A stretch of DNA of 32,000 bases from NCBI GenBank assembly GCA_010202845.1, contig CP047921.1:300001-332000 (forward strand), read 5' to 3'. Shown piece after piece: positions 31,586 through 32,000 of this stretch. The notes under the pieces are model-generated. The model made no database searches. It was not told the origin of the DNA and worked only from the letters and a program-made list of their open reading frames with translations. Each line of letters opens with the position of its first letter. Position 1 is the stretch's first letter. Made by a program: the position numbers and the translations under genes. The stretch is from Candidatus Saccharibacteria bacterium oral taxon 488 (GTDB lineage: Bacteria; Patescibacteriota; Saccharimonadia; Saccharimonadales; Saccharimonadaceae).

Positions 31586-32000
31586 CTATGGCGTAGCAAT
31601 TACTGATAGACTCACGCCCGCCGAGAACGCGGTAATTCCCCGCTCAAGCCGCGCCAGCGTGCGCTCGCGGCCGATCAGCGCCAGCGTGTCATTCAGCTGC
31701 GGGCTAAACGGCGCCCAGGTGATGGCGATGCGGATGAGACTAAAGAGAATGCCGGGCTTTTGGCCTGTGATTTCCAGCAGTTCGTTTAGCCGAGTTTGAA
31801 TTGTGTCTGGTGTCCAATCGGTGAGCGTGGTGAGTTCGTGGTGGGCAGTCTCTAGCAGCCTGCGCCGTTCGCTCTCAGATAACTTCTTGAGCTGCTTGTT
31901 GCCGTCAATAAGTTCCATGTTAATCTCGGGCTCCGCAAAAAAGTAGCCAAATCCACCGAGGTCACGCAGGGTTTTTACGCGGTCTTGCGCCAGCGCTAGG
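31586..32000 (-). CDS. gltX: Glutamate--tRNA ligase, C-terminal part (5' end beyond the right window edge)
   Basis: The reading frame is open to the window edge (..LALAQDRVKTLRDLGGFGYFFAEPEINMELID..). The C-terminus ..ITGQKPGILFSLIRIAITWAPFSPQLNDTLALIGRERTLARLERGI matches the GltX anticodon-binding-domain tail (LF..IR.A.TG...sP.L....l.G.e....RL). Confidence 0.75.
   Translation of the reverse strand, partial: LALAQDRVKTLRDLGGFGYFFAEPEINMELIDGNKQLKKLSESERRRLLETAHHELTTLTDWTPDTIQTRLNELLEITGQKPGILFSLIRIAITWAPFSPQLNDTLALIGRERTLARLERGITAFSAGVSLSVIATP

Noticed and set aside
1-32000. CRISPR arrays, IS elements or transposases, integrases, prophage genes and rRNA
   Set aside because: I saw no regularly spaced short direct repeats, no recombinase-like ORFs and no rRNA-like sequence on either strand.

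Overview
Gene-dense, mostly minus-strand bacterial chromosomal segment. It is GC-rich overall with AT-rich patches at about 2580-5350, 5700-6690 and 27700-28330. Housekeeping genes: cysS, der, the 3' end of gltX, a GreA-family factor, an RsuA/RluB-type pseudouridine synthase and tRNA-Glu(CUC). Signalling and export genes are unusually dense: four histidine kinase/response regulator pairs, tandem FtsX permeases, a NatAB-like ABC-2 pair, a MacB-like ATPase plus FtsX permease, and an AI-2E transporter. Accessory genes: a tandem-GNAT protein, a second GNAT, an ASCH/DUF3850-like gene next to a decayed ASCH copy, a DUF5674 two-gene module, GrpB, NUDIX, an EEP-family enzyme, an NTF2-like protein, a Cys-rich lipoprotein and several orphan small ORFs. 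I saw no CRISPR array, transposase, integrase or rRNA. The style (Pro/Thr-rich tails, leaderless starts, 4- and 8-nt gene overlaps) fits a reduced Gram-positive-type genome such as Saccharibacteria/Patescibacteria or an actinobacterium, but that taxon call is weak inference. The signals not explained by ordinary annotation are: (1) a ~120-nt element present twice whose ~31-bp helix is nearly perfect only as a minus-strand RNA; (2) a family of three near-identical strong promoters, conserved through the spacer, that drive orphan small-gene units; (3) a GC-rich, ORF-poor, stem-rich segment at about 17395-17830; (4) a terminator-shaped hairpin inside a 5' UTR; (5) a -10 box exactly 6 nt upstream of the ATG of at least ten genes; (6) a kinase/regulator pair in which both proteins carry long Pro/Thr-rich tails and the regulator has no output domain. 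I cannot name a complete new multi-gene system with confidence, and functional readings of these elements are hypotheses.
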